From Solirubrobacteraceae bacterium (GTDB taxonomy: Bacteria > Actinomycetota > Thermoleophilia > Solirubrobacterales > Solirubrobacteraceae), in NCBI GenBank assembly GCA_036264095.1, contig DATARO010000080.1:14853-78852 (forward strand): a stretch of DNA of 64,000 bases, written 5' to 3'. Below, piece after piece: positions 18,089 through 26,918 of the stretch (its first letter is position 1; each line of letters opens with the position of its first letter). The notes under the pieces were generated by a model. The model searched no databases and had not been told where the DNA came from. It was given only the letters and a program-made list of their open reading frames with translations. Made by a program: the position numbers and the translations under genes.

Positions 18089-19879
18089 ATGAGCGAGACC
18101 GTAGCCGCCCACCTACTCGCACGACTCGCCAACGAGTGGGGGGTGAAGCGGATCTACGGATATCCCGGCGATGGCATCAACGGGATCATCGGCGCTCTCG
18201 GGCGCGCCGGGGACCGCCCCGAGTTCATCCAGGTGCGCCACGAGGAGATGGCCGCGTTCATGGCCTGCGCCCACGCGAAGTTCACGGGCGAGGCGGGCGT
18301 GTGCCTCGCGACCTCGGGCCCCGGAGCGATCCACCTGTTGAACGGGCTCTATGACGCGAAGCTCGACCACCAGCCGGTCGTCGCGATCGTCGGGCAGCAG
18401 GCGCGGCTCGGCCTCGGCGGCAACTACCAGCAGGAGGTCGACCTCACGACGCTCTTCAAGGACGTCGCGCACGAGTACGTGCAGATGGCGACCGAGGCGG
18501 GCCAGATCAGGCACCTGATCGATCGTGCGATGCGGATCGCCCTCTCGGAGCGCACCGTCACGTGCGTGATCGTCCCCAACGACCTGCAGATGGAACCGGC
18601 GGTCACCACCCCGCCGCATGCGCACGGGACGGTCCACTCGGGCCCGGGCTACGCGGCGCCCCGCGTGACGCCGTCCGATGACCAGCTGCAGCGCGCGGCA
18701 GAGATCCTGAACGCCGGGAAGAAGGTCGCGATGCTCGTCGGCGCCGGCGCCCTGCATGCCACCGACGAGGTGATCCAGGTCGCTGACGCGCTCGGGGCGG
18801 GCGTGGCCAAGGCGCTGCTCGGGAAGGCCGCGGTGCCCGACGACCTGCCGTTCGTGACCGGCTCGATCGGGCTGCTGGGCACGCGTCCGAGCTGGGACAT
18901 GATGCAGGACTGCGACACGCTGCTGATGGTCGGCTCGAGCTTCCCGTACTCGGAGTTCCTGCCGGAAGAGGGCCAGGCCCGCGGCGTGCAGATCGACCTC
19001 GACGGACGCATGCTCGGGATCCGCTACCCGATGGAGGTAAATCTCGTCGGCGACAGCGCGTTGACGCTGAAGGCGCTGCTGCCGATGCTCGAGCGCAAGG
19101 CCGATCGCGGCTGGCGCGAGAAGCTCGAAAAGCAGATCCACTCGTGGTGGGAGGTGATCGACCAGCGCGCGCACGAGCCGGCGAAGCCCGTCAACCCGCA
19201 GTTGATCTTCCACGAGCTCTCCAAGCGCCTGCCCGACCGCGCGATCCTCGCTTCCGACTCCGGTTCGGCCGCCAACTGGTACGCGCGCGACGTGCGGCTC
19301 CGCGCCGGCATGCACGCATCGCTATCGGGGACGCTCGCCACGATGGGCGCGGGCGTGCCCTACGCGATCGGTGCGAAGTTCGCCCACCCCGATCGGCCAG
19401 TGATCGCGCTCGTGGGCGACGGTGCGATGCAGATGAACGGGCTCGCCGAGCTGATCACTGTCGCCAAGTACCGCGAGCGCTGGAGTGACCAGCGCCTGAT
19501 CGTCGCCGTGCTCAACAACCGCGACCTCAACCAGGTCACCTGGGAGCAGCGCGCGATGTCCGGGGACCCGCGGTTCGCCGAGTCGCAGGCGTTGCCCGAC
19601 ATCCCATACGCGCGCTGGGCAGAGCTGATCGGCCTGAACGGCATCCGCACCGAAAATCCCGAGGAGATCGGGGAGTGCTGGGATCGAGCGCTCGCAGCCG
19701 ACCGGCCGACCGTGCTCGAGGTGGTGTGCGATCCCGAGGTCCCGCCGCTGCCGCCGCACATCACGATCGAGCAGGCCCGCTCGTTCGCGTCCGCCGTCGC
19801 CCACGGCGACCCCGCGCGTCGGCGGATGATCGCCCAGTCGATCCGGCAGATGCTGCCCGAGATCGTCCACGGCCGATGA
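18089..19879 (+). CDS. Thiamine pyrophosphate-requiring protein (pyruvate oxidase/PoxB-like)
   Basis: YGYPGDG, RHEEMAAF, ATSGPG, GDGAMQM...LNN; SD GAAAGGGA. Confidence 0.92.
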   Translation: MSETVAAHLLARLANEWGVKRIYGYPGDGINGIIGALGRAGDRPEFIQVRHEEMAAFMACAHAKFTGEAGVCLATSGPGAIHLLNGLYDAKLDHQPVVAIVGQQARLGLGGNYQQEVDLTTLFKDVAHEYVQMATEAGQIRHLIDRAMRIALSERTVTCVIVPNDLQMEPAVTTPPHAHGTVHSGPGYAAPRVTPSDDQLQRAAEILNAGKKVAMLVGAGALHATDEVIQVADALGAGVAKALLGKAAVPDDLPFVTGSIGLLGTRPSWDMMQDCDTLLMVGSSFPYSEFLPEEGQARGVQIDLDGRMLGIRYPMEVNLVGDSALTLKALLPMLERKADRGWREKLEKQIHSWWEVIDQRAHEPAKPVNPQLIFHELSKRLPDRAILASDSGSAANWYARDVRLRAGMHASLSGTLATMGAGVPYAIGAKFAHPDRPVIALVGDGAMQMNGLAELITVAKYRERWSDQRLIVAVLNNRDLNQVTWEQRAMSGDPRFAESQALPDIPYARWAELIGLNGIRTENPEEIGECWDRALAADRPTVLEVVCDPEVPPLPPHITIEQARSFASAVAHGDPARRRMIAQSIRQMLPEIVHGR

Positions 19880-20304
19880 GCACCGCCAGGAGGATGCTCT
19901 CCAACCTGCGCCGCGGGCGCGTGCAGCGCACGCTCTCGGCGGCGACTGCGCTGAGCGCACTGCCGCTCGGCCTGGAGATCTACTTCGAGCACTTCCGGGG
20001 CTCGTTCGGCGACAAGTGGATGTGGACGCCGGTCGCGCTCTCGCCCCTGCTCACGCTCGCCGGGTTTGCCGGCGTGGGCTCGAGGCGCGCGGCGACGACG
20101 GTGCTGCCGGCCATATCCGCCCTGTACTGCCTCGATGGACTGGTCGGCGTCTACACGCACGTCCAGGGCGTGCGCAAGCGCCCGGGAGGCTTCGCGGAGC
20201 CGCTTTACAACATCGTGATGGGCCCGCCCCTGCTCGCGCCGGGCTCGCTCGCGCTGGTCGGGGGGATGGGCCTGACGGCTGCCCTCGCCGAGCGGGAGCG
20301 CTGA
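19876..20304 (+). CDS. Hypothetical membrane protein (about 4 TM)
   Basis: MSTARR...EHFRGSFGDKWMWTP...MGPPLLAP; ATGA overlap. Confidence 0.75.
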   Translation: MSTARRMLSNLRRGRVQRTLSAATALSALPLGLEIYFEHFRGSFGDKWMWTPVALSPLLTLAGFAGVGSRRAATTVLPAISALYCLDGLVGVYTHVQGVRKRPGGFAEPLYNIVMGPPLLAPGSLALVGGMGLTAALAERER

Positions 20305-20308
20305 GCCG

Positions 20309-21040
20309 GTGGCCGACGTCCGTTCCCCGAGCCGGGCGGGGCATCTACCGAAGCAGGGCGGCGACACGAGCCCCGGCCCGCCGCGCGACCTGCCGCGGCA
20401 GCGCAAGGGGACCACGCCGCAGCTGCGCGTCCGCTACCCCGACTACGACGTCCTGGCCGAGACCGAGCACTGGGATGCCCACACGCGCCGCGTGGTCCTC
20501 GACCGCGTTGCCAACGTGCCCGAGATCACGTTCTTCGACGAGTCCGAGGCCAGGACCCTGCGCGCGTTCTGCGACGTAGTCGCCGGCCAGGATCACGATC
20601 CGCGCGTTCCCGTGCTCGAGATGGTCGACGCGAAGATGGCGGCGCGGCAGCTCGACGGGTTCCGCCATCACGACATGCCGCCGGACCCCGAGACCTGGCG
20701 GCAGGTCGCCGCCGCGCTCGACCGGAGTGCCGAGCAGGCGGGCTGCGACGAGGGGTTCGCGGCCGCCGGCTCGGAGCTGCAGCACGAGATCGTGCAGCGC
20801 TTCTCCGAAGGCGAGCTCGACTGGGATCTGCCCGTCGAGAAGGCATGGGGGGTGGTGATGCGCGGGGTGCTCAGCGCCTTCTACTCACACCCCTGGGCGT
20901 GGAACGAGATCGGGTTCGGCGGGCCGGCCTACCCGCGCGGCTACGCGCGGCTCGGAGCCGGCCAGCGCGAGCACTGGGAGGCGCCCCCCGAGTTCTCCAC
21001 CGATCCCGTGCACGACGTGCCCGACCGGGGTCTCGAGTGA
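20309..21040 (+). CDS. Gluconate 2-dehydrogenase subunit 3-like protein
   Basis: FYSHPWAWNEIGFGGPAYPRGY C-terminal signature; lies directly before the GMC gene. Confidence 0.75.
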   Translation: MADVRSPSRAGHLPKQGGDTSPGPPRDLPRQRKGTTPQLRVRYPDYDVLAETEHWDAHTRRVVLDRVANVPEITFFDESEARTLRAFCDVVAGQDHDPRVPVLEMVDAKMAARQLDGFRHHDMPPDPETWRQVAAALDRSAEQAGCDEGFAAAGSELQHEIVQRFSEGELDWDLPVEKAWGVVMRGVLSAFYSHPWAWNEIGFGGPAYPRGYARLGAGQREHWEAPPEFSTDPVHDVPDRGLE

Positions 21041-22689
21041 AAGAGCGCCTCCGTGTGACGCTGAAGGGCGCGGTGCACCCGCCCGAGAACGACTCGGCGT
21101 TCCTGCTCGACCCTCACCGCCGCGGCGTGCCAGGGCGCGAGCGGATGCGCCGCTACAGGCCCGAGGAGCCAGTCGACCTGCTGATCGTCGGCGCTGGCGC
21201 CGGGGGTTCCACGCTCGCCCAGCGCCTGGCGCGCAAGGGCTGGCGCGTGCTGATGCTCGAGGCCGGTCCGTTCTGGGATCCCGACGAGGACTGGGTCTCG
21301 GACGAGGCCGGCTCGCACGAGCTGTACTGGACCGAGCCCCGCGTCATCGGCGGCGAGGACCCCGTCGAGCTCGGCAAGAACAACTGCGGGCGCGGCGTCG
21401 GCGGCTCGATGATCCACTACGCCGGCTACACGCCGCGCTTCCACCCGTCCGACTTCGAGGTCTACAGCCGGGACGGCGTGGGGGCCGACTGGCCGATCGG
21501 CTACCAGGACCTGAAGCCCCACTACGAGCGCCTCGAGCAGGAGCTCCCGGTCGCCGGAGAGTTCTGGCCGTGGGGGGACCCGCACGGCTACCCGCATGCC
21601 CCGCACCCCGTCGGCGGCGGCGCACTGCGCGCCTGGGAAGGCGCCAGGCGCCTCGGGATCGAGATGCGGGTGGGGCCGGTCGGGATCGCGAACGGCTCCT
21701 TCGGCCACCGGCCGCATTGCATCTACCGCGGCTTCTGCCTGCAGGGATGCAAGGTCAATGCGAAGGCCTCACCGCTCGTCACGCACGTCCCGGATGCGCT
21801 CGAGCACGGGGTCGAGATCCGCGCCGACTGCATGGTCACGCGAATCGAGGTCGACGAGGCCGGGAGGTGCACGGGCGTCACCTATTTCCACGAGGGCCGG
21901 GAGCAGTTCCAGGCGGCGGCGGCGGTCGCGGTCGCCGGGTACTCGATCGAGACCCCGCGGCTGCTGCTTCACTCAACGAGCAAGCGCTTCCCGGCCGGAC
22001 TCGCAAACGACAACGACCTCGTGGGGCGCGGGATAATGGTGCAGGGGGCGCCCCAGGTCGCCGGGCGCTTCCCGGAAGAGCTGCGCATGTACAAGGCTCC
22101 GCCGCCGGAGATCGACTCCGAGCAGTTCTACGAGACGGACGAGTCGCGCGGCTTCGCGCGCGGCTTCTCGATTCAGACGGTCGGGCCGCTGCCGATCGGC
22201 TGGGCGGAGCACGTCCTCGCCGACGGGCACTGGGGACAGGCGCTGCGCGAGTACATGCGCGACTACAACCACTGGTACACGCTGGGTGTCCTCTCGGAGC
22301 TGCTGCCGCGAGCCGAGAACCGGGTCACGCTGGCTGAGGAGACGGACCGCCACGGGATGCCGATCGCGCGCCTGGACTACACCCAGTGCGAGAACGACCG
22401 CGCCAACATCGCCTATGCGAAGGACACGCTGCACAAAATCTGGGACGCCGCCGAAGCGCAGGACGTCCTTGAGATCGACCGCTACGCGCATCTCGTCGGC
22501 GGTTGCGTGATGTCCGCGACGCCAGAGACGGGCGTGGTCGGGCCCGACCACCGCGCGTGGGGGGTACCGAACCTGTTCGTCGCCGACGGCAGCGTGATGC
22601 CGACCCAGGGCTCCGCCAACCCGGCGCTGACGATCATGGCGCTTTCGAGCCGGCTGGCCGAGCGCCTCGCGAGCAAGGAGGTAGCGTGA
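21037..22689 (+). CDS. GMC family oxidoreductase
   Basis: IVGAGAGG, GVGGSMIHY, four-Cys CIYRGFCLQGC, HLVGG, NLFVADGS, NPALT. Confidence 0.92.
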   Translation: MKERLRVTLKGAVHPPENDSAFLLDPHRRGVPGRERMRRYRPEEPVDLLIVGAGAGGSTLAQRLARKGWRVLMLEAGPFWDPDEDWVSDEAGSHELYWTEPRVIGGEDPVELGKNNCGRGVGGSMIHYAGYTPRFHPSDFEVYSRDGVGADWPIGYQDLKPHYERLEQELPVAGEFWPWGDPHGYPHAPHPVGGGALRAWEGARRLGIEMRVGPVGIANGSFGHRPHCIYRGFCLQGCKVNAKASPLVTHVPDALEHGVEIRADCMVTRIEVDEAGRCTGVTYFHEGREQFQAAAAVAVAGYSIETPRLLLHSTSKRFPAGLANDNDLVGRGIMVQGAPQVAGRFPEELRMYKAPPPEIDSEQFYETDESRGFARGFSIQTVGPLPIGWAEHVLADGHWGQALREYMRDYNHWYTLGVLSELLPRAENRVTLAEETDRHGMPIARLDYTQCENDRANIAYAKDTLHKIWDAAEAQDVLEIDRYAHLVGGCVMSATPETGVVGPDHRAWGVPNLFVADGSVMPTQGSANPALTIMALSSRLAERLASKEVA

Positions 22690-22750
22690 TGACCGCTTTC
22701 GACCGCCGCCGCGGCTCCTCGACCCGCGCGCTCGCCTGGGAGACCGCGTC

Positions 22751-23269
22751 GTGAGCTCGCGACTGGAGGAGCCCGTGCGAGCCGCCGAGGCGGCCGCCGC
22801 CGACTACGCACCGGGTCAGGAGCGCCCCCTGCGCGGATACATGGTGCTCGCTGGTGTGTTCGGCACCGCGTTCGGCGGCGCGCTCGCTGGCCTGCGTGCC
22901 TCCGGCCGCGAGCTGCCCGAGCACTTCGCTGCGGCCGACGTGGTGATGGTGGGCGTCGCGGCCCACAAGCTCAGCCGCCTGATCGCCAAGGACAAGGTGA
23001 CGAGCTTCCTGCGCGCCCCGTTCACTCGCTTCCAAGAGCCCTCCGGCCAGGGGGAGGTCGAGGAGGAACCGCGCGGTCGCGGCGTGCAGCTCGCCGTCGG
23101 CGAGCTGCTCGTCTGTCCGTACTGCCTCGGGCTGTGGGTCGCCAGCGGCTTCACCCTGGGCCTCGTCGCGGCGCCCCGGCCCACGCGGCTGGTCGGGACG
23201 ATCTTCGTCGCCCACACCATCTCGGACTTCCTGCAGGTCGCCTCGCGGGCCGCCGGCGAAGAGCTCTAG
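22751..23269 (+). CDS. DUF1360 family membrane protein
   Basis: HKLSRLIAKDKVTSFLRAPF, GELLVCPYCLGLW. Confidence 0.8.
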   Translation: MSSRLEEPVRAAEAAAADYAPGQERPLRGYMVLAGVFGTAFGGALAGLRASGRELPEHFAAADVVMVGVAAHKLSRLIAKDKVTSFLRAPFTRFQEPSGQGEVEEEPRGRGVQLAVGELLVCPYCLGLWVASGFTLGLVAAPRPTRLVGTIFVAHTISDFLQVASRAAGEEL

Positions 23270-23405
23270 TCAGCTCGCGCGCGCGGTCGCGCGGCGCGCA
23301 GTCCGCTCGCGCCCACCCGTGGGTCCCGCTGCCAGACCACAGAGACCTCGTGTGCTCTCGCCGGCCGTGGGTAGCGCACAGGAGAGTCGAGAAAGGAGAT
23401 CGAAG

Positions 23406-23981
23406 ATGGCACAGCTTCAGGGAAAGAAGGTCGCGTTTCTGGTGGCCCAGGAGGGCGTCGAGCAGGTCGAGCTGACAGAGCCGTGGAAGGCCGTCGAGGC
23501 CGCCGGCGCCACGCCGGAGCTCGTCGCTCCGGAGAAGGGCAAGGTGCAGGCCTACAACCACCTCGACAAGGGCTCGACGTTCGACGTCGACACCGAGATA
23601 GGGGAGGCGGATCCCGGCCGTTACGACGCGCTCGTGCTTCCGGGCGGAGTCGCCAATCCCGATCAGCTCCGCACCGATCCGGAGGCGGTCGAGTTCGTGC
23701 GCGGGATCTTCTCGGCGGGGAAGCCCGTCGGCGTGATCTGCCACGGCCCGTGGACGCTCGTCGAGGCCGACCTCGTGCGTGGCCGCACGCTCACCTCGTG
23801 GCCGTCGCTGAAGACCGACATCCGCAACGCCGGCGGCGAGTGGGTCGATGAGGAGGTCGTCGTCGACCAGGGACTGGTCTCGAGCCGCAAGCCCGACGAT
23901 CTCCCGAAGTTCTGCGCGAAGATCGTCGAGGAGTTCGCCGAGGGTCGTCACGAGGTGGCGCAGGCGGGCGCGACGTCCTAG
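23406..23981 (+). CDS. PfpI/DJ-1 family (type 1 glutamine amidotransferase-like) protein
   Basis: GVEQVEL, LPGGVANPD, ICHGPW; SD GAAAGGAG. Confidence 0.92.
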   Translation: MAQLQGKKVAFLVAQEGVEQVELTEPWKAVEAAGATPELVAPEKGKVQAYNHLDKGSTFDVDTEIGEADPGRYDALVLPGGVANPDQLRTDPEAVEFVRGIFSAGKPVGVICHGPWTLVEADLVRGRTLTSWPSLKTDIRNAGGEWVDEEVVVDQGLVSSRKPDDLPKFCAKIVEEFAEGRHEVAQAGATS

Positions 23982-24031
23982 CGGCACGCGGATCGCGGCC
24001 GGAGACGCGGGGGCCGGCCGCGGTCGCGTTC

Positions 24032-25066
24032 TCAGGTGTCCGCGTCGGAGAGCAGCTCGAGCACAGCGGCCTCGATGCGCGTGCGCTCGCGCGGCCGGGC
24101 GAGATCGCCGGCGTGGCCCAAGGTCTCGGCGATCGTGTGGCCCGCATGGAAGCGGTCGATCACGCGCGGGTCGATGTAGGCCGTGCGGCAGACGGCGGGC
24201 GTGTTCCCGAGATACGCCGAGACCGTGCGCACGGCGTCCCTCACCGCTCGCTCGCGTGCCGGCCCGCTCACATCTCGCGGGTCGGTGGCGGCGAGCGCGA
24301 CGGCCGCGAGGACGCTCGCGTTCCAAGTCCGGAAGTCCTTGGCGGAGAAGACCTCAGACATGTGGCGCTTGATGTATTCGTTGACGTCGGCCGCCGCAAC
24401 ATCGCTCCATCCCCGCGCCGTCCGGTAAGCGAGCAGCTGCTGGCCGGCGCGGCGGCGCCTGAGCGCCGCGACGACGGCTAGCGCGCCGGCGTCAGTGATC
24501 TCCTGGACGCGCCGCTGGCCCGACTTCGCGCGGTAGTCGAAGATCATCGAGCCGCCGGTGATCGTGACGTGCTCGCGCAGCAGCGTCGTGAGGCCGTAGG
24601 ACTCGTTCCGCTCGGCGTAGTCGTCGGAGCCGATGCGGAAGAAGCCGACGTCGAGCAGGCGCACGGCGCACGCGAGCACCCGCTCTTCAATGAGGTCCTC
24701 TGCCGTCAGGGGCGCCGAGCTGGAGCCCAGCTCGCGCGATACGCGGCGACGCAGCCGCGGCAGGGCTTTGCCGAACGCGAGCATCGTGTCGAACTTCAGG
24801 CGATCGCGATGCGAGCGCCAGCGCTCGTGGTAGAGGTACTGCTTGCGTCCGGCGGCGTCGCGCCCGGTCGCCTGCAGGTGCCCGAGCGGATCCATGCAGA
24901 TCCACACGTCGCGCCACGCAGGCGGGATCGCGAGGCCGGCGATGCGCTCGATCACCTCCGGATCGTCGATCCGCTCTCCGTCGGCGTCGCGATACTCGAA
25001 TCCCCTGCCGCGGCGCCGGCGCGAGAAGCCCGGCGCGGCGCAGCTGCTGCGCCTGAGGCGGGCTAT
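24032..25066 (-). CDS. DNA topoisomerase IB (bacterial type); expected start position is ATA
   Basis: GHLQATGRDAAGRKQYLYH, FFRIG, AKDFRTW, LGNTPAVCRTAY. Confidence 0.9.
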   Translation of the reverse strand: MARLRRSSCAAPGFSRRRRGRGFEYRDADGERIDDPEVIERIAGLAIPPAWRDVWICMDPLGHLQATGRDAAGRKQYLYHERWRSHRDRLKFDTMLAFGKALPRLRRRVSRELGSSSAPLTAEDLIEERVLACAVRLLDVGFFRIGSDDYAERNESYGLTTLLREHVTITGGSMIFDYRAKSGQRRVQEITDAGALAVVAALRRRRAGQQLLAYRTARGWSDVAAADVNEYIKRHMSEVFSAKDFRTWNASVLAAVALAATDPRDVSGPARERAVRDAVRTVSAYLGNTPAVCRTAYIDPRVIDRFHAGHTIAETLGHAGDLARPRERTRIEAAVLELLSDADT

Positions 25067-25126
25067 CGCAGCGTCTCCGCGACGGCCCGCCCGCTTTGCA
25101 TTCGTGAGCCCATTGCGCACGGGCGA

Positions 25127-25150
25127 TACCCGGGCCGCTCGACGCGAACC
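25127..25150 (-). promoter_or_regulatory. SigB/SigF-type promoter of topIB
   Basis: GGTT-N15-GGGTAT. Confidence 0.7.
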
Positions 25151-25213
25151 GTCGCTCGGGCCGGCTCGAGGTCGCGCCGACGCGCAGCGAGCGGGGGCTG
25201 CCGTGCGCCCATT

Positions 25214-25244
25214 TGATCCAGATCGGCGGTCGCCGTCGTAGAAG
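25214..25244 (+). promoter_or_regulatory. ECF (SigK/ECF19-like) promoter
   Basis: TGATCC-N17-CGTAGAAG upstream of the ferritin-like/tat operon. Confidence 0.7.
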
Positions 25245-25291
25245 CGCACCAAACCACACCGGCCGGTTCCGCTTCCTTCGGCCCTCCAGAG

Positions 25292-25993
25292 GTGAACATG
25301 ACCCAGCACGCGACACAGCAGGAATCTGAGCACCCGCCGCCCGGAATCGTGCAGCGCCTCGTCGAAGACGACGTGGACCGCAAGCGCTTCCTGAAGGCGC
25401 TCGGCGGCGCCGGCGCAGCCGGCTTTGGAGCATTCGCGCTCGCCGCCTGCGGAAGCGCCAGCAAGAGCAGCACCGCGTCCACCGGCGCGGCGACGGGCGC
25501 CTCGCAGGCCAGCGCCTCCCGCTCGAGCGACATCGGGATCCTCAACTACGCGCTGACGCTCGAGTACCTCGAGACCCAGTTCTACGAGAAGGTCAACGCG
25601 GCCGGCCTGTTCAGCGGGAAGGTGGGGAGCCTCATCAAGGAGTTCGGCGCGCAGGAGCAGACGCACGTCGAAGCGCTCAAAGGGGCGGTCGCGAAGCTCG
25701 GCGGGACGCCGGCGATGAAGCCGGAAGGCAGGTTCCCGATCAAGAGTGCGACGCAGGTCGCAGAGCTCGCCTACACGGTCGAGAACCTCGGCGCCGCGGC
25801 CTACCTGGGGCAGGCCGCGAAGATCCAGAGTCCCGAAGTGCTCGCGGCCGCACTCGCGATCCACTCCGTCGAGGCGCGCCACGCGGCGACGCTCGGCACG
25901 CTCGTCAAGAAGTCCCTGACCCCCGACGGCGCGTTCGCGAAACCGGCGGACATGTCCACGGTCCGCGCCGCGGTCAAGCCATTTCTGGCGTGA
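25292..25993 (+). CDS. Ferritin-like domain lipoprotein with Tat-like signal
   Basis: DRKRFLK, lipobox LAAC, LNYALTLEYLE...EQTH...VEARHAA. Confidence 0.85.
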   Translation: MNMTQHATQQESEHPPPGIVQRLVEDDVDRKRFLKALGGAGAAGFGAFALAACGSASKSSTASTGAATGASQASASRSSDIGILNYALTLEYLETQFYEKVNAAGLFSGKVGSLIKEFGAQEQTHVEALKGAVAKLGGTPAMKPEGRFPIKSATQVAELAYTVENLGAAAYLGQAAKIQSPEVLAAALAIHSVEARHAATLGTLVKKSLTPDGAFAKPADMSTVRAAVKPFLA

Positions 25994-26022
25994 GCCACCA
26001 GCGAAGAAAGGACTGCATCGAC

Positions 26023-26658
26023 ATGACGACGACGAACAACACGGAGGCCGGCGACCTCGGCGCGGTCGAGGTGAGCGGGATCACTCGCTCGAGCTTCATC
26101 CTGCGCGGGGCGCTCGCGGCAGGAGCACTGTATGGCGCCGGTGCGGTGACGCCGCTCGTAACGGCGGCGCTGGCCGGGAGCGCAGGCGGCGACGTCGAAA
26201 TCCTGAACTTCGCGCTGACGCTCGAGTACCTCGAGTCGGACTTCTACAACGTCAAGGGCCGGACGGTCGGTCTCAGGGGGCAGGCAGCGAGCTACGCCCG
26301 CATGTTCGGCGAGCAGGAGGCGTCGCACGTGAACGCGCTGGAGACCGTCGTCAAGCAACTGGGCGGCACCCCTGCGGCGAGACCGAAGTTCGTGTTCCCT
26401 GCGACCGACGAACGCTCGTTCCTGGCGCTGGCCTCGGTCCTCGAGAACACCGGCGTCGGCGCCTACAACGGCGCCGCCCCCTCGATCAAGAGCAAGGAAG
26501 TGCTCGAAGCCGCCGGCGGCATCGTGCAGGTCGAGGCGCGCCACGCGGCGGCGATCAACCTGCTGATCGAAGCATCCCCGACGCCCGACCAGGGCTTCGA
26601 CCGGCCCCTGGCCAGGAGCGAAGTGCTCGCCAAGGCCGGCCCGCTGATCAAGAAGTAG
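26023..26658 (+). CDS. Ferritin-like domain protein, paralog of the preceding gene
   Basis: TRSSFIL, LNFALTLEYLE...EASH...VEARHAA; SD AAAGGA. Confidence 0.85.
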   Translation: MTTTNNTEAGDLGAVEVSGITRSSFILRGALAAGALYGAGAVTPLVTAALAGSAGGDVEILNFALTLEYLESDFYNVKGRTVGLRGQAASYARMFGEQEASHVNALETVVKQLGGTPAARPKFVFPATDERSFLALASVLENTGVGAYNGAAPSIKSKEVLEAAGGIVQVEARHAAAINLLIEASPTPDQGFDRPLARSEVLAKAGPLIKK

Positions 26659-26687
26659 ACGTCGACCATCTACCAAAGGAGAAACAC

Positions 26688-26900
26688 ATGGGCCTCGACA
26701 ACCCGATCCATATCGCCTTCCTGCTGGTCGTCCTGCTGCTGGTGTTCGGCGCGAAGCGGCTGCCGGAGATGGGCCGCTCGCTCGGCAGCGGCATGCGCGG
26801 CTTCAAGGACGCGATCGGCGGCCAGAACCCGGTAGAGGTCACGCCGCTCGCGCCGGTCGCCGGCCCGCAGGTCGAGAACCGCGAGACCAGCGCCGCCTGA
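26688..26900 (+). CDS. tatA: Twin-arginine translocase TatA
   Basis: TM plus FGAKRLPEMGRSLGSGMRGFK; SD AAAGGAG. Confidence 0.93.
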   Translation: MGLDNPIHIAFLLVVLLLVFGAKRLPEMGRSLGSGMRGFKDAIGGQNPVEVTPLAPVAGPQVENRETSAA

Positions 26901-26918
26901 GCGCGGGCGCGGAGCGAG

